DNA from: an uncultured delta proteobacterium
GTDB taxonomy: Bacteria; Desulfobacterota; Binatia; UBA9968
Assembly (NCBI GenBank): GCA_963745035.1
Contig: CAVUVW010000015.1
Location: 128,001 to 192,000 of the forward strand
DNA: 64,000 nucleotides
Direction of reading: 5' to 3'
Part shown: piece after piece, positions 1 through 10,256 of the stretch
How the letters are laid out: the number at the start of each line of letters is the position of its first letter
Numbering within the stretch: the stretch's first letter is position 1
The notes under the pieces: generated by a model
What the model saw: the letters and a program-made list of their open reading frames with translations, nothing else
What the model was told of the DNA's origin: nothing
The model's database searches: none
Made by a program: the position numbers and the translations under genes

Positions 1-320
1 AAATCACTCGCGTCAGCGACGATCAACAGCGCTTCGAGCCGGCGTAGCACCCGATCGGTGCGCCAATCCTTGGCCAACTCGACGGCAGCGCGCTTGAGAT
101 TGCCGTTGAACTGATCGAGCTTGGCCTCGAACTTTTCAAATAAGGTGAAGGCGTCGGCCGTCGCGCCGGCAAAACCGGCGATGACCCGGTCGTGATGCAG
201 CTTGCGCACCTTGTGCGCGCTGCGCTTCATCACGGTCTGCCCCAAGCTCACCTGCCCATCGCCCACGACCACGACTTTACCGCCGTGCCGCAGCGCCAAT
301 ATGGTCGTTCCGTGCATCAT
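1..320 (-). CDS. hslV: ATP-dependent protease subunit HslV (runs off the left edge)
   Basis: Manual translation [32 protein letters not shown]...[19 protein letters not shown]...[20 protein letters not shown] shows the N-terminal Thr protease signature; lies downstream of xerC. Confidence 0.95.
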   Translation of the reverse strand, partial: MMHGTTILALRHGGKVVVVGDGQVSLGQTVMKRSAHKVRKLHHDRVIAGFAGATADAFTLFEKFEAKLDQFNGNLKRAAVELAKDWRTDRVLRRLEALLIVADASD

Positions 321-332
321 AAAAATATGGGC

Positions 333-427
333 GCGAGCCGTGAGGCGTGAGGCGTGAGAAAAATTCTCGGAACCCCGTATGTTCTCTGCCTCATGCCTCT
401 CGCCACAAGCCTCATGCCTTCTTCACG
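333..427. repeat. Inverted pair of heptamer tandem arrays (TGAGGCG)n / (GCCTCAT)n
   Basis: cgagccg-tgaggcg-tgaggcg-tgag followed by tgcctca-tgcctct-cgccaca-agcctca-tgccttc in the xerC-hslV spacer. Confidence 0.65.
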
Positions 428-1331
428 CCCTGCGGATGCGCCTTATCGTAGACCGCCGTCAACGCGTCCAGGTTCAAATGGGTATATTTTTGCGTGGTCG
501 ACAAGCTCGACGTGTCCGAGCAGTTCCTGAATCACCCGCAAGTCGGCGCCGCTGTTCAGCAGGTGGGTCGCAAAGCTGTGGCGCAGGCCGTGCGGCCCCA
601 TCTTGACCGGAATACCCGCCTGCTTCAAATGCTTCTCGACGATGCGCGCCACGCTCCTCGTCGTGATACGCGCGCCGCGGTTGTTAAGAAACACCGGCGT
701 CTCGCCTTTGCACGCCGCTTGCCAGCGCCTGCGCTGCTCCTCGCCGTAGTCTTTGCAGCGCTTGCAGGGCGATCTCGCCGATGGGGACGATGCGCTCCTT
801 CGATCCTTTGCCGATCACCCGAACAATGCCGAGCTGAAAATCCACGTCGGCCCAATTGAGTCCCACCAGCTCGCTCACGCGAATGCCGGTGGAATAGAAA
901 ACTTCCAGCACCGCCCGGTCGCGCACGTCGAGGCCGGTCTTGAGCTGCACCGACCCGAGAAGCTGAAACGCGTCGTCCACGGTCAAAAACGGCGGCAAAG
1001 GTTTTTCCTGCTTGGGTGAATGAATCGGCAGCAAAGGATCTTTGTCGATCTTGCCTGCGGCAACCAGATAGCGAAAAAATTTTCTCAGCGCCGCGAGCTT
1101 GCGCCCGATGGAGCTCTTTTTGCGGTCCTTGGCGAGCGCCGCCAGATACGCGCGGACGGCGTGAACGTCGACCTTGCGCAGGTCCACCTGGTCGCCGTCC
1201 AGACAGAGCTCCCGCTCGCGCAGAAACGCATGAAATTGCCCGAGATCGCTCAGATAGTTGCGCAGCGTATGCGGCGAAAAGTTCCGCTCCTGGCGCAGAT
1301 GATCGGCAAACTCTTCTATCAGCTCGTCCAT
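423..1331 (-). CDS. xerC: Tyrosine recombinase XerC (frameshifted, probably sequencing indels)
   Basis: ORF 684..1367 ([37 protein letters not shown]) and ORF 443..694 ([13 protein letters not shown]...IQELLGH); STTQKYTH lies in the next frame; adjacent to hslV. Confidence 0.9.
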
Positions 1332-1437
1332 CAAGCTCGCTTTTTCCAATCTTTCGCAGATTAGCACGACCTCGCCGATAACTAAACGACAATCCCTTGT
1401 TTCGACGCTCCGGACGGTATGCTAAACGAATAAAGAA

Positions 1438-2197
1438 GTGATGAAAGAAGAGCGCATCATTTTTTTGAACTGCCGGCAGGACCGGCTGAGCGGCGTGCTG
1501 CATCATCCGCGCACGTCGAAGCCGAACGGCGCGGCGATTCTCTGCCACGGCATGGATTCGGACAAGAACAGCGAGAAACTGGTCTTTCTCGCCCGCGCGC
1601 TCGCCGCCGCGGGCGTGCTGGCGCTGCGCTTCGATTTTACCTACGTCGGCGAGTCGAGCGGCTGCTTCGAAGAGATCACCTGCAGCGGAGAAGTCGGACG
1701 ATCTCAGGGCCGCCTACACACTCGTGCAAACTCATCGGCCCGGAAAGATCGCGCTCCTGGGATCGAGCATGGGCGGCACCGTCGCCGTGCTGTTCGCCGC
1801 CACGCAGCCGGCAATCGCCGCGCTGGTCACGGTCGCCGCGCCGCTCCATCCGGAACACTTTCCCCGGCGCATGCTGACCGAAGCGCAGCTCCGCGACTGG
1901 CGCGCGCGCGGCTTTACGACGTACAACGGCAAGCGCTTGAACGTCTCGCTGCTCGAGGATCTGGAGCGGTTGGACCCGCCGCAAGCCGCGCGCGCGGTGG
2001 CATGCCCGACGTTGGTGCTGCACGGCGCCGCAGACGCCGTGGTACCGGTCGAGGAAGCCTACGAATTGCACGGCTGCCTCGCCGGACAAAAGCGTTTGTC
2101 GATCCTGCCGGGCGGCGATCATCGGCTTTCCGATCCGGCGCTGATGCGCCGGGCGCTGGAAGAATCTCTCGATTGGCTCCTGACCCATGTCCGCTAA
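1438..2197 (+). CDS. Alpha/beta hydrolase (frameshift near 1700)
   Basis: CHGMDS and LRFDF..VGES in one frame; GSSMGG nucleophile elbow, HGAADAVVP and GGDH in ORF 1724..2197. Confidence 0.8.
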
Positions 2198-2206
2198 GGA
2201 ATTTTC

Positions 2207-2614
2207 ATGCGAAGTTTTTGCGCTCGATCGAGCTATTCGCTGTCGCTGCTGCTTCTGATCGCCGCCTGCGGCCGCGACTCGAGCACCGCCCAGGGCGTGG
2301 TCGAAGAGTTCGTCGACCAGCACTACGTGCACATCAATCTGCCCAAAGCCAAAGCCCTCGCCGTGAGCATCGCGCTGCACAAAGTGAACGAAGAGATCCG
2401 TCTCACCGACGGCCAGAAAGTCGACGCCTCGACGCAAAAACCGCGGGTGCACTACACCTTGCTGGAAAAAAAAGAAAGCGCCGAACGCGCTTCTTTTCTC
2501 TACGAGGGAACCATTCAGTCCAACGACGGCACGTCGTTTACGCGCAAGTGGCTGATCAACGCGCGCAGGGAAGGCAACCAGTGGCGGGTCTCGAATTTCA
2601 CCGAGTCGGATTGA
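2207..2614 (+). CDS. Hypothetical lipoprotein
   Basis: 135-aa ORF with lipobox LIAAC and host-like codon usage. Confidence 0.7.
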   Translation: MRSFCARSSYSLSLLLLIAACGRDSSTAQGVVEEFVDQHYVHINLPKAKALAVSIALHKVNEEIRLTDGQKVDASTQKPRVHYTLLEKKESAERASFLYEGTIQSNDGTSFTRKWLINARREGNQWRVSNFTESD

Positions 2615-2620
2615 AAAAGT

Positions 2621-2698
2621 AGTTCCTGGTTTCTAGTTGGCACGGCGATCTGCGCAGCACACCCGAAACTTGAAACCTGAAACTTGACACTTTGAACT
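2621..2698. repeat. Heptamer tandem array (TGAAACY)n with a short inverted arm
   Basis: cgaaact-tgaaacc-tgaaact-tgacact-ttgaact preceded by agttcct-ggtttct-agtt, between convergent genes. Confidence 0.6.
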
Positions 2699-4014
2699 AC
2701 GCCGGCTGGGCGCTCGCCGCCGGTGGCGCCGCTTCGCGCGGTTTCATCTTGATCTGCAACGCCAGTCCCGCAGCCATCATCGCGATCACTCCGCCCGAGA
2801 GAAAAGCGAACTGGTAGTCGCCCATCCAGGTGCGGATGGCGCCGGCGGCCGAAGCCATGATCGCCGCGCCGATCTGGTGCGACATGAAAATCCAGCCGTA
2901 CACTTTGCCGACGTTTTGCTTGCCGAAGGTGTCGGCGGTGATCGCCATCGACGGCGGCACGGTGGCGAACCAGTCCAGACCATAGATAATCGCGAAAAAC
3001 ACGAGGCCGGTAAAATCATGGACGAAGGGCAGGATCAAAAGCGACAAGCCGCGCAGCGCATAAACCAGCGCGAGCCATCGTTGCGGACTGCACTCGGTCG
3101 ATCATCCAGCCGGAAAAAATCGTCCCGACCATATTGAGCCCGCCCATGATGCCGAGCAGCGAGGCGGCCGCGATCTGCGGGATGCCGATCTCGATCTCGT
3201 GCGGGATCAGATGCGTGCCGATCAAACCGTTGGCCGTGCCACCGCAGACGAAAAAACTCCCGGCGAGCAGCCAAAAAGTCGGATGGGTCACCACCTCGCG
3301 CGCCGTGATCGTCGCGTTCTTGGCGGGCATGCCGCGCAACGAGGCCGCGCCGCCGCTCGCCGCGCCCGGCTGGCCGGCGCCGTAGGGCTCGAGCCCGATC
3401 TCGGACGGATCGTCGCGCATGAAGAGAAAAATCAGCGGCAGCAGAATCAACGCGACGATGATCAGGGTCATCGATCCCAAACGCCAGCCGGCGTACGTGA
3501 TCATCGCCATGAAGAAGGGCAGAAAAATGATCTGGCCGGTCGAGCTCGCGCTGCCGAGAATCCCCAACGCAAGGCCGCGCCGGGCAACGAACCAGCGATT
3601 GCCGATGGTAGCGGTCAACACCGAACCCACGCCGCCGGCGCCGAGCCCGACAATTACTCCCCAAACCAAAAAGAACTGCCAGAACTCGGTCATTGCCATC
3701 GTACCGCTGACGCCGACGATCAGCAGCAGCAGGCTGCCCATCATCACTTTGCGCGGCCCGAAGCGATCGATCAGATAGCCGCTCAGCGGCGCGGCGACGC
3801 CGAAAAGCAGAAGATTCATGCTGACCGCCGAGGCGATCAAAGTCCGGCTCCAGCCGAACTCCGCCTCCAGCGGATGGATCAGCACCGACGGCGACGAGCG
3901 CACTCCCGCGCTCGTTAACGTGGTCAGAAAACAAATTCCAAGAACCAACCAGCCATAGTAAAAAGGCAATGAGAGCGGCGGATGCTTCCGGTTTGCTGAG
4001 CCGTCGTTGTCCAT
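2697..4014 (-). CDS. MFS transporter (frameshift near 3085)
   Basis: Multi-TM ORFs 3016..4014 and 2697..3047; MFS motif A GYLIDRFGPRKV. Confidence 0.85.
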
Positions 4015-4133
4015 ATCTCGATATTCATAATCCTCTTTGGCCTAAAGCACAAACCAGCCGATGAAGAGCGACTCCCACTCACCCCGATCGCGCCTGTTCC
4101 ATTGCGTCGGATCGCCATGCTATCAATGCAGCC

Positions 4134-4694
4134 ATGAAAACTTTGCCGGCCGCTCTCGTGCTGGTCTGCGCGCTGGGCGCTGCCTCGAAAACTTCTAGCG
4201 CCGATTTTCCTGAGGAAATCCCGTTCGTGCCCACGCCGACGGAAGTGGTCGACAAGATGCTCGAACTTGCCCAAGTAAAAAAGGGTGACGTACTTTACGA
4301 TCTCGGCAGCGGTGACGGACGCATCGTGATTCGCGCGGCAAAAAAATACGGCGTGCGCGCAGTCGGCATCGAGATGGATGAAATTCTACTCAAAAAAGCC
4401 CGGCAGGATGCGGAGGCCGCCGGCGTCGGCCATTTGGTCAAGTTCCGCGCCGAGGACGCGCTGCAGACCGATCTCTCACAAGCAACCGTCGTGACCCTCT
4501 ACATGCTCCCCTGGTTCAATGAGAAGATCAGACCGAATCTAAAAAAATACTTGAAACCCGGCGCGCGCATCGTCGCCCACGATTTCGGCATCGAAGGCTG
4601 GCCGCCGGATAAAATCTTGAAACTGCCGAATGTGGAACTCAAGCCCGGCGGCTATAAGCACCAACACGTGCTTTATTTGTGGCAAGTTAAATAA
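4134..4694 (+). CDS. Class I SAM-dependent methyltransferase with a signal-like N-terminus
   Basis: PFVPTP, YDLGSGDGRIV, VVTLYML and LKPGARIVAHDF motifs. Confidence 0.85.
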   Translation: MKTLPAALVLVCALGAASKTSSADFPEEIPFVPTPTEVVDKMLELAQVKKGDVLYDLGSGDGRIVIRAAKKYGVRAVGIEMDEILLKKARQDAEAAGVGHLVKFRAEDALQTDLSQATVVTLYMLPWFNEKIRPNLKKYLKPGARIVAHDFGIEGWPPDKILKLPNVELKPGGYKHQHVLYLWQVK

Positions 4695-4732
4695 AACTTT
4701 GTCGATTCAGCAGATGTGACGAACTTTTACTG

Positions 4733-5500
4733 CTAAATTTCCTTGCGGCAGAGCTGTTTAACTACCTTCATACGATTAACCATCTCCCAGTTCTCTGGAG
4801 ATAGGTCCACGAGCTCGATCTTATCAATTCCCGCGAGTCGTTGATCGCTACAAACAATCATCGTCACCTCGGAGTTGGAAAGCGAGTATCGATGCCAATC
4901 ACAAGTATCCGTCGGCAGATGACCATCGCTGCCGACCAAAGCTGCCGACGCCGGCTTGGAACCTCGATTCGTCGCTAGTTTGAACAAAGCCTCTGTCGTG
5001 CTCCATAGTTCGTAAAACATTCGCGTTCGGGACTCTTCCGGAAGGCTTAGCAGCCAACGATGATCCTGGAAATGAAAAACGGCTTCACTGAGCATGCTGA
5101 AGTTCCGCCGCGGATCGTTGACTTCAACGTCGATCCCCACCTTCGCTTCACGACTTACTACGCAGGCGATCCACTCGCGGCTGTGCGATAAACTGAAGTT
5201 CGGCCGCAAACTGTTGGCGCCAGGAAACCTAATCTGCGGCACGTGGTCACATGAGTCGCTAACTTCAATGCGCTCAAACAGAAAACCGGTAAGACGAGCT
5301 AGCGCAATTCTCAGCAAGATTCGTCCAAGTAGAAACTGACGGGCGCGCTGCGGCCGCACGAAACCGGCGTAGCGTTGCTGCTCGCTGAGACTGAGTCGTT
5401 CGGCGAAGAACGCTTGCACTTCGTCCTCTACGCCGCTCGCATCAAGTAACCATACCGAAGCAGCTGTCGGCGCGGACCGATTATTCGGGAATTTTGACAA
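4733..5500 (-). CDS. 4'-phosphopantetheinyl transferase (Sfp type)
   Basis: FSLSHS, VGIDVE and FYELWSTTEALFK motifs; last gene of the PKS cluster; start codon uncertain. Confidence 0.85.
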   Translation of the reverse strand: MSKFPNNRSAPTAASVWLLDASGVEDEVQAFFAERLSLSEQQRYAGFVRPQRARQFLLGRILLRIALARLTGFLFERIEVSDSCDHVPQIRFPGANSLRPNFSLSHSREWIACVVSREAKVGIDVEVNDPRRNFSMLSEAVFHFQDHRWLLSLPEESRTRMFYELWSTTEALFKLATNRGSKPASAALVGSDGHLPTDTCDWHRYSLSNSEVTMIVCSDQRLAGIDKIELVDLSPENWEMVNRMKVVKQLCRKEI

Positions 5501-5927
5501 AGTCGCCCTTAAGCGCAACGCCGGCAATGAGTGCTCCTGCATGACATTCGAACTGGCTCGCGCTCGACATGACTTCTTTCTTGTAGTAGCTCACGATATT
5601 TACGACAGCGTTAGCGCCGAGTTGCTGTGCGCGCTTTTGCAAGGCTACCATGGCAGAGAGAAATGCCCAGTTACAGGCTTTTTCGTCCGACTTGCCGAAG
5701 GCGTTGGTCTTGCGGTTGGAAACATCGGTGCCAAGTTTGCTGATCACTTGCGGAGTCGGCTGGTCTCCGAAGAAAAACTTTATCGAACCATCGAGCTTGT
5801 CTTGCGAGTCTTTGACCTCCATCGCCACGGCGATAGGGAGCAGATATTTGGTGTCGCGCGCGGTGCACGGCCGAGCAATCGCCAGCATACAGATCACAAA
5901 AGATGCCAACAAAATGGTTTTTTTCAT
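5481..5927 (-). CDS. Secreted protein typical of aryl-polyene clusters (often mis-annotated 'excinuclease ATPase subunit')
   Basis: Signal peptide; NRKTNAFGKSDEKACNWAFLSA and FECHAGALIAGVALKG; family recognised from memory. Confidence 0.7.
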   Translation of the reverse strand: MKKTILLASFVICMLAIARPCTARDTKYLLPIAVAMEVKDSQDKLDGSIKFFFGDQPTPQVISKLGTDVSNRKTNAFGKSDEKACNWAFLSAMVALQKRAQQLGANAVVNIVSYYKKEVMSSASQFECHAGALIAGVALKGDFVKIPE

Positions 5928-6116
5928 CGGACTACTCCTTTTCAGTACAACCAAGCGTTACACCCGCGTCCAAGTTTCACGGCTCAGATCTTGACCAAAT
6001 CGCCTGCAGCACGCGCCACCGGACCGATCCGCCACGCCGGTTAAACCGAGAACGATCAAGGCAAATCCTCGTATGTTCATCCTCGTGAGTCTTCCCATCG
6101 CTGCCTAGAAGAACCT

Positions 6117-7346
6117 CTAGTCGCATCTTCTAAGAATCAACGAAGTATTGATGCCGCCGAAGGCGAAATTGTTCGACATGATATATTCGCAGTCGATCTC
6201 GCGCCCGCCGCCGATGATGTAATCCAGGTCGGCGCATTCGGAATCGACGTCCATAAGATTGATTGTCGGCGCAAACCAGCCCATGCGCATCATCTCAATG
6301 CTGATCCATGCCTCCAATGCGCCGCAGGCGCCGAGCGTATGCCCCATGTAACTTTTCAAGGAGCTGATCGGAGCGCCATGGCCAAAGATGTTCGCCGTCG
6401 CCAGACTTTCGGCGACGTCGCCGTGTTGCGTGCCGGTGCCGTGGGCGTTGATATAGCCGATGGCGGACGAGGGCAGTTCGGCGTCGGCCAGTGCAAGCAG
6501 CATCGCGATCCGCATGGTATTCGCGTTGGGTTGGGTCACATGGCAACCGTCGCTGTTGGTGCCGAACCCAACGACTTCGGCGTAAATTTTTGCGCCGCGC
6601 GCGCGCGCGTGTTCCCACTCTTCTAAAATCAGCGTGCCAGCGCCTTCACCGAGCACCAGACCGTCACGCGCAGCATCGAAGGGACGGGGGGTTGTCGGCG
6701 CTGCATCGTTACGCACACTGGTGGCGAACAAAGTGTCGAATACCGCGACTTCGGTCACGCACAACTCTTCAGCGCCGCCGGCGATCATCGCACGCTGGCG
6801 ACCTGCTCGGATAGTCTCATAGGCGTACCCGATCCCCTGGCTTCCCGAGGTACAGGCACTCGAAGTGGTGATGATCCGTCCGGTGACTCCTAAAAAGACT
6901 CCAAGATTAACCGCCGCGGTATGGCCCATCATCTTGATGTAGGTCGTCGCGTTGATTCCTTTGGTGCTTTTCTCGTCGATCATCTTTCCAAAATCGCAGA
7001 TCGCCTTCGGCGTGCCGGCAGACGAACCGTAGGCGATCCCCAGTTGGCCGCTTTTCATCAAAGAATCGTCGATGAATCCGGCGTCGATGAGGGCGAGCTC
7101 GCTCGCGCGTGTCGCCATCAGGGCGACCCGCCCCATACTGCGCGTCGCCTTGGTCGTGTAGCGTTCGGATAACGTGAAATCGACGGCGGGGGCGCCGAGC
7201 TGAGTATTCAACCCATCATAATCGGCCCAGTCCGGCATGCGCGTTACCGCATTGCGATAGCTCGCCAAATGATTGCGGATGCAGGGCCAAGTATTGCCGA
7301 TCGGACTGATACCCGCCATTCCCGTAACGGCAACCCGCCGCCTCAT
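6117..7346 (-). CDS. Beta-ketoacyl-ACP synthase (ApeR/FabF-like)
   Basis: SSACTSG active Cys, NAHGTGT, GHTLGACG, SNNFAFGG. Confidence 0.92.
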   Translation of the reverse strand: MRRRVAVTGMAGISPIGNTWPCIRNHLASYRNAVTRMPDWADYDGLNTQLGAPAVDFTLSERYTTKATRSMGRVALMATRASELALIDAGFIDDSLMKSGQLGIAYGSSAGTPKAICDFGKMIDEKSTKGINATTYIKMMGHTAAVNLGVFLGVTGRIITTSSACTSGSQGIGYAYETIRAGRQRAMIAGGAEELCVTEVAVFDTLFATSVRNDAAPTTPRPFDAARDGLVLGEGAGTLILEEWEHARARGAKIYAEVVGFGTNSDGCHVTQPNANTMRIAMLLALADAELPSSAIGYINAHGTGTQHGDVAESLATANIFGHGAPISSLKSYMGHTLGACGALEAWISIEMMRMGWFAPTINLMDVDSECADLDYIIGGGREIDCEYIMSNNFAFGGINTSLILRRCD

Positions 7347-8069
7347 GCCAACCCCCCGTTCACCGAAATCACCTGGCGCGTGATATAGGCCGCGTCCTCC
7401 GAAAGAAGAAAACTCACGGCGGCCGCAACCTCTTCGGGCTTACCGATCCGGCGGGCCGGGATCAGACTCATTACTTCCTCCCGCGGTACATCTTGGATCA
7501 TCTCGGTTTCGATCAGCCCGGGTGCCACGCAATTGACGGTGATCTCCCGTTTAGCGAGCTCCAGCGCCAAAGCCTTGCTCGCACCGATGATGCCGGCCTT
7601 GGCGGCGCTATAATTTACCTGACCACGGTTGCCGATCAGACCGGAAATCGAAGCGAGAGTGACGATGCGTCCCGCCGCTCGACGGCGCACCATCGGCATG
7701 ATCAAGGGATTGAGCACGTTGTAGAATCCATCGAGATTGGTTTTAAGTACTATATCCCATTCCTCGCCGCTCATCGCGGGAAATGAGTTGTCGCGCACAA
7801 TCCCGGCGTTGCACACGATGCCGTAATAACAGCCATGCTGTTCGATGTCGGCGGTCAGCGCCGCCGCGGTAGTCTCACGGTCGGCAATATCGAATTGCAG
7901 CACCCGAGAGTGACCGCCTTGCTCCGCAGCGGATTGCGCCACTCGATCTGCATCTTCGCGCCGACTCCTGCAATGCACGACAACGGTCGTAACCATCGCG
8001 CGCCAACCTGAGCGCGATCGCTGCGCCGATACCTCGGCTCGAGCCCGTGACCAAGACGGATTTCGTCAT
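7343..8069 (-). CDS. 3-oxoacyl-ACP reductase (ApeQ/FabG-like; frameshift near 7990)
   Basis: TGSSRGIG in ORF 7875..8069; CNAG and YSAAK in ORF 7343..7996. Confidence 0.9.
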
Positions 8070-8518
8070 CCCACGCTCTCCGGCATCTCAGCCTCATTGA
8101 CCGGCTGATACACCGTCATCATTACCCGCGCCAGCGGTTCGCCGCGATCTTCGATGCTGCATTCGAACGATCCCATGCCATTGTCGCTTTGAAAAACCCG
8201 CCGAACGTGAATCTGTAAACGCGTGCCGACGGTGAACCAGGGGCGGCTGCATTCATAGCGGCGGGTGCCCAGCAGGAAACCGATTTTGATTGGCTCATTG
8301 CACCGATGGGCGATGAAGCCCGCGTAGGCGGCAATCGCTTGAGCCATATATTCCACCCCCACCCAAGCGCCGACACCTTCGGCTCTGCAAAACAAACTGT
8401 CCGAGCGAATCGTAACTTCGGCGCACAAACTCTCGTCGTCGGCTGCGATGACACGATCGAGCAAGACCATCGGTCCGGCGTGCGGCAAGAGCGCGCGAAT
8501 CTCGGGAATCTTCTTCAT
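8066..8518 (-). CDS. Hotdog-fold 3-hydroxyacyl-ACP dehydratase (ApeP-like)
   Basis: LLPHAGPMVLLD, EYMAQ, GFLLGTR. Confidence 0.85.
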   Translation of the reverse strand: MKKIPEIRALLPHAGPMVLLDRVIAADDESLCAEVTIRSDSLFCRAEGVGAWVGVEYMAQAIAAYAGFIAHRCNEPIKIGFLLGTRRYECSRPWFTVGTRLQIHVRRVFQSDNGMGSFECSIEDRGEPLARVMMTVYQPVNEAEMPESVG

Positions 8519-8519
8519 G

Positions 8520-9705
8520 TCAATCTCTGCCGAACAACAGGCTTGCATTGGCGCCGCCGAAGGCAAACGAATTGCTCAAGCTCAAACTCAAAGGACGCCC
8601 CAAATTGGCGCCGGGCTCAGCGACGTTCAGCGCCGGCAAACCCGGGTCCAACTCACGATCCCACAGATGGGGCGGCAACTTGCCCGAGCGATTGTCATCC
8701 TGCATCGCCAGCCAGCACAGCCCTGCTTCGATGGCGCCGGCAGCGCCCAAGGTATGACCAGTAAACGGCTTGGTCGAACTCACCCAAACGCCGTCTCCGA
8801 ACAGATCATGCACCACGCGCGCCTCCATCGCGTCGTTTTGCAGCGTCGCCGTGCCGTGCAGATTGATATAATCCACCTGCGCTGCGGCAACGCCGGCGCG
8901 GTCCAACGCCAGTTCCATTGCCAGCCGGGCGCCGCCGCCGGCAGGGTCGGGGGCGGAGATGTGATGACCGTCGGAAGTTTCACCCCAGCCGCGCAGCGTA
9001 ACTGTCGCCGGCTCGCGGCTCATCAGAAACAACGCCGCACCTTCCCCGATATTGATCCCATTGCGATTGCGGCTAAGCGGGTTGCAGCGACTTTCGCTCA
9101 CCGATTCAAGAGCGGCAAATCCAGCCACCGTGAAAGCGCACAGGGTATCCGCGCCGCCGGCCAGAACCGCATCGCATGCCCCCATCGATAACAGGCGTGC
9201 CGCGCTGGCCAATGCCTTGGCGCTCGAGGCACATGCGCTCGAATGGACGTAAGCCGGACCGCCCGTGCCAAGAATGTCAGCCAACAGCTCCGACGGCGAA
9301 CCCAATTCCTGCTGGCCATAATGAAACTCCTGGGGCAGCGCCCCTCGCTCGGCAAACTTGCGCAACGCGCTCTCGCCCTCGGCGATGCCGGAGGTGCTAG
9401 TGCCGATCACAATGCCGACCCGGCTCGGGCCGAAGCGCTCGATGGCTGCGTCCACCCCCGCTCTGATCTGACGCAATGCACCGAGCAGGAGCCGGTTATT
9501 GCGGCTTCGATGTCGCAACGGACATGCATCGTCGGTGGGCAAAGCCGGCGGGTCATCGGCCCGGCCGAGCGGCAGCACAGCGGCCGGGCGAATAGTCGTC
9601 GGTCATCGACAGGCCGCTTTGGCCGAGCTCCAGGAGCTGTCGCCTAATATCAGCGAGCGCGTTGCCCAACGAACAGATCATGCCGAGCTGATTGAGATAA
9701 ATCAT
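8520..9705 (-). CDS. Beta-ketoacyl-ACP synthase (ApeO-like; frameshift near 9580)
   Basis: N-terminus MIYLNQLGMICSLG; SSACASS, NLHGTAT, GHTLGAAG, SNSFAFGG. Confidence 0.9.
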
Positions 9706-10256
9706 CTGTACTGACCCGCTCAAAACAGACTCTATCGTCAGCCGATAGCGATAACGGAAATTGTTCAACACTATTTTGCCGCTGCCAGCGCGGCTCGCCG
9801 CTGTAGTGAATCTCCGTCGACCGGCAGCTCGCCGGCCAGTCAGGATGCGGCGCCGCGCCATTTTCTTCGATCCGCCATGGTGCAGGCAACACCGCACGCA
9901 GCTTTTCCACCGGCCAGAGTGTGAGTTGCAGGTCTTCCAAGACGTCTTCGACGCGCACCTCGCCGGGAATCCTCGGGTGGCGCCAGAAGTCAAGGGAGCG
10001 GCCGTCATAGTGAAACGACAGCACCCGCTGGTTCAACGCCAGGAGCACTAAAGCGATCCGTTCCGCATCGATTTCCAACGCTGCTTCAAGCTCATCGATG
10101 CGGCCTTCTCGCTCCACCGTGAGATGCTGCTGCAAACTGATCGACGCGCCGAACGTTGCCGGCGGCAGTTTTAACCCCAGCCGCGGCGGCTGGGAATCCG
10201 GCGCGCAGCCCAAGCAAATAGCCAAGCGTGAAAATTGCGCCTAACGCTCGTAGCAC
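9706..10256 (-). CDS. DUF3261 lipoprotein (ApeN-like; frameshifted)
   Basis: Lipobox-like CLGC, VLEDLQLTLWP, YRYRLTIES; sits just upstream of the apeO-like gene. Confidence 0.7.

Noticed and set aside
423-1331. Tyrosine recombinase as the integrase of the APE island
   Set aside because: Sequence and hslV linkage identify housekeeping XerC; it is separated from the island by host-like genes.
1438-2622. 394-aa ORF spanning the hydrolase and lipoprotein
   Set aside because: Only the first ~88 aa are hydrolase-like; the rest is off-frame read-through over two real genes.
2638-2655. TGGCACG...TGC sigma54-like site
   Set aside because: GG-GC spacing is 11 rather than 10, and it lies between convergent gene ends.
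9553-10008. DUF3261 C-terminus reading in frame into the ApeO-like ketosynthase
   Set aside because: The region has several indels, and a lipoprotein fused to a cytoplasmic KS is implausible; an off-frame TGA lies at ~9720.
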